Of a stretch of 64,000 nt of DNA, positions 63,516-64,000 are shown piece after piece. Source of the stretch: Takakia lepidozioides. Lineage: Eukaryota; Plantae; Bryophyta. Made by a program: the position numbers and the translations under genes. Within the stretch, counting starts at the first letter, position 1, and the number at the start of each line of letters is the position of its first letter. Under the pieces are notes generated by a model, which was not told where the DNA came from, ran no database searches, and saw only the letters and a list, made by a program, of their open reading frames with translations. The DNA lies in contig CM060734.1 of the NCBI GenBank assembly GCA_030704615.1, positions 62,930,001-62,994,000 of the forward strand, read 5' to 3'.

Positions 63516-63745
63516 TTATTTTATTTATTTTTCTTTCAAAGGGAACACCTGGGAGCAATAGCCCACAAATCAGGCCCCTTCATAGTGAGAGGAGAAAATA
63601 ACATCTCTTTCACATTAACCTGCCATGAGGCGTAGGAATGGGGCACCACCCAGGACCCATACCACACCCGTCAGTAGCAGGATTTGACCCCAGAATCATC
63701 TGGGTGGCACTCAGTGCACTTAACCAAATGAGCTACTGACTGTTG
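63516..63745 (-). mobile_element. tRNA-derived SINE
   Basis: The minus strand begins with a tRNA-like head gtcagTAGCTCATTTGGttaag..ggGGTCAAATCCtgctactgac (A-box and B-box). A ~130-bp unrelated body and an A-rich tail follow, and both flanks are A-rich. Confidence 0.7.
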
Positions 63746-64000
63746 GTTTATTTTTTATTTCAAAAAAACTAGGGCTTCGCGTTGCTCCGCACTACTAGTG
63801 ACAAATTCTGAGAACTACATTCAATTTGCACAAAAAAAGGTGGGTCTCCGTATTTTATTGTTTGAGGGGGAGTTGACATTGATAAATGTTTTCTTCAAAC
63901 TCAAGAATTGGTTTCTTCAAACTCAATTCAACTTTCAATTAGAACACAGTTTGTTCAAAGATTTACCAAACTAGGGTTTTAATGTAATCTGTATTTGCGC

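Noticed and set aside
63668-63742. Functional tRNA-Gly(GCC) gene
   Set aside because: The acceptor and anticodon stems do not pair properly, the B-box is degenerate, and a body and A-rich tail follow, so it was called a SINE.

Overview
Eukaryotic, intron-containing plant DNA. A non-seed land plant is likely (inference from the PLS-DYW PPR gene and the transposon families). The window is mostly nested mobile elements and gene remnants, with one clearly intact housekeeping gene (10-exon NAP1-related histone chaperone, 57515-61407). Main features from left to right: (1) a minus-strand PLS-PPR-DYW editing-factor gene built from near-identical 303-bp repeats and fused to four OSB-type PDF motifs, with a decayed paralog at 36.6-43.6 kb; (2) a decayed RLE-type (CRE-like) LINE; (3) a CACTA transposon carrying a young 10.9-kb Ty3/gypsy insertion. 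This gypsy element encodes a DNMT3-like cytosine methyltransferase between protease and RT and a PHD finger after the integrase. It has a self-complementary, non-tRNA primer site and circularly permuted LTRs that look like a 2-LTR circle opened at an internal palindrome, flanked by a 4-bp CATA target-site duplication; (4) a second CACTA end; (5) a 5'-truncated Fanzor1/TnpB-like nuclease remnant near two orphan ORFs; (6) a tRNA-derived SINE. All calls come from reading motifs by eye; no database searches were run.
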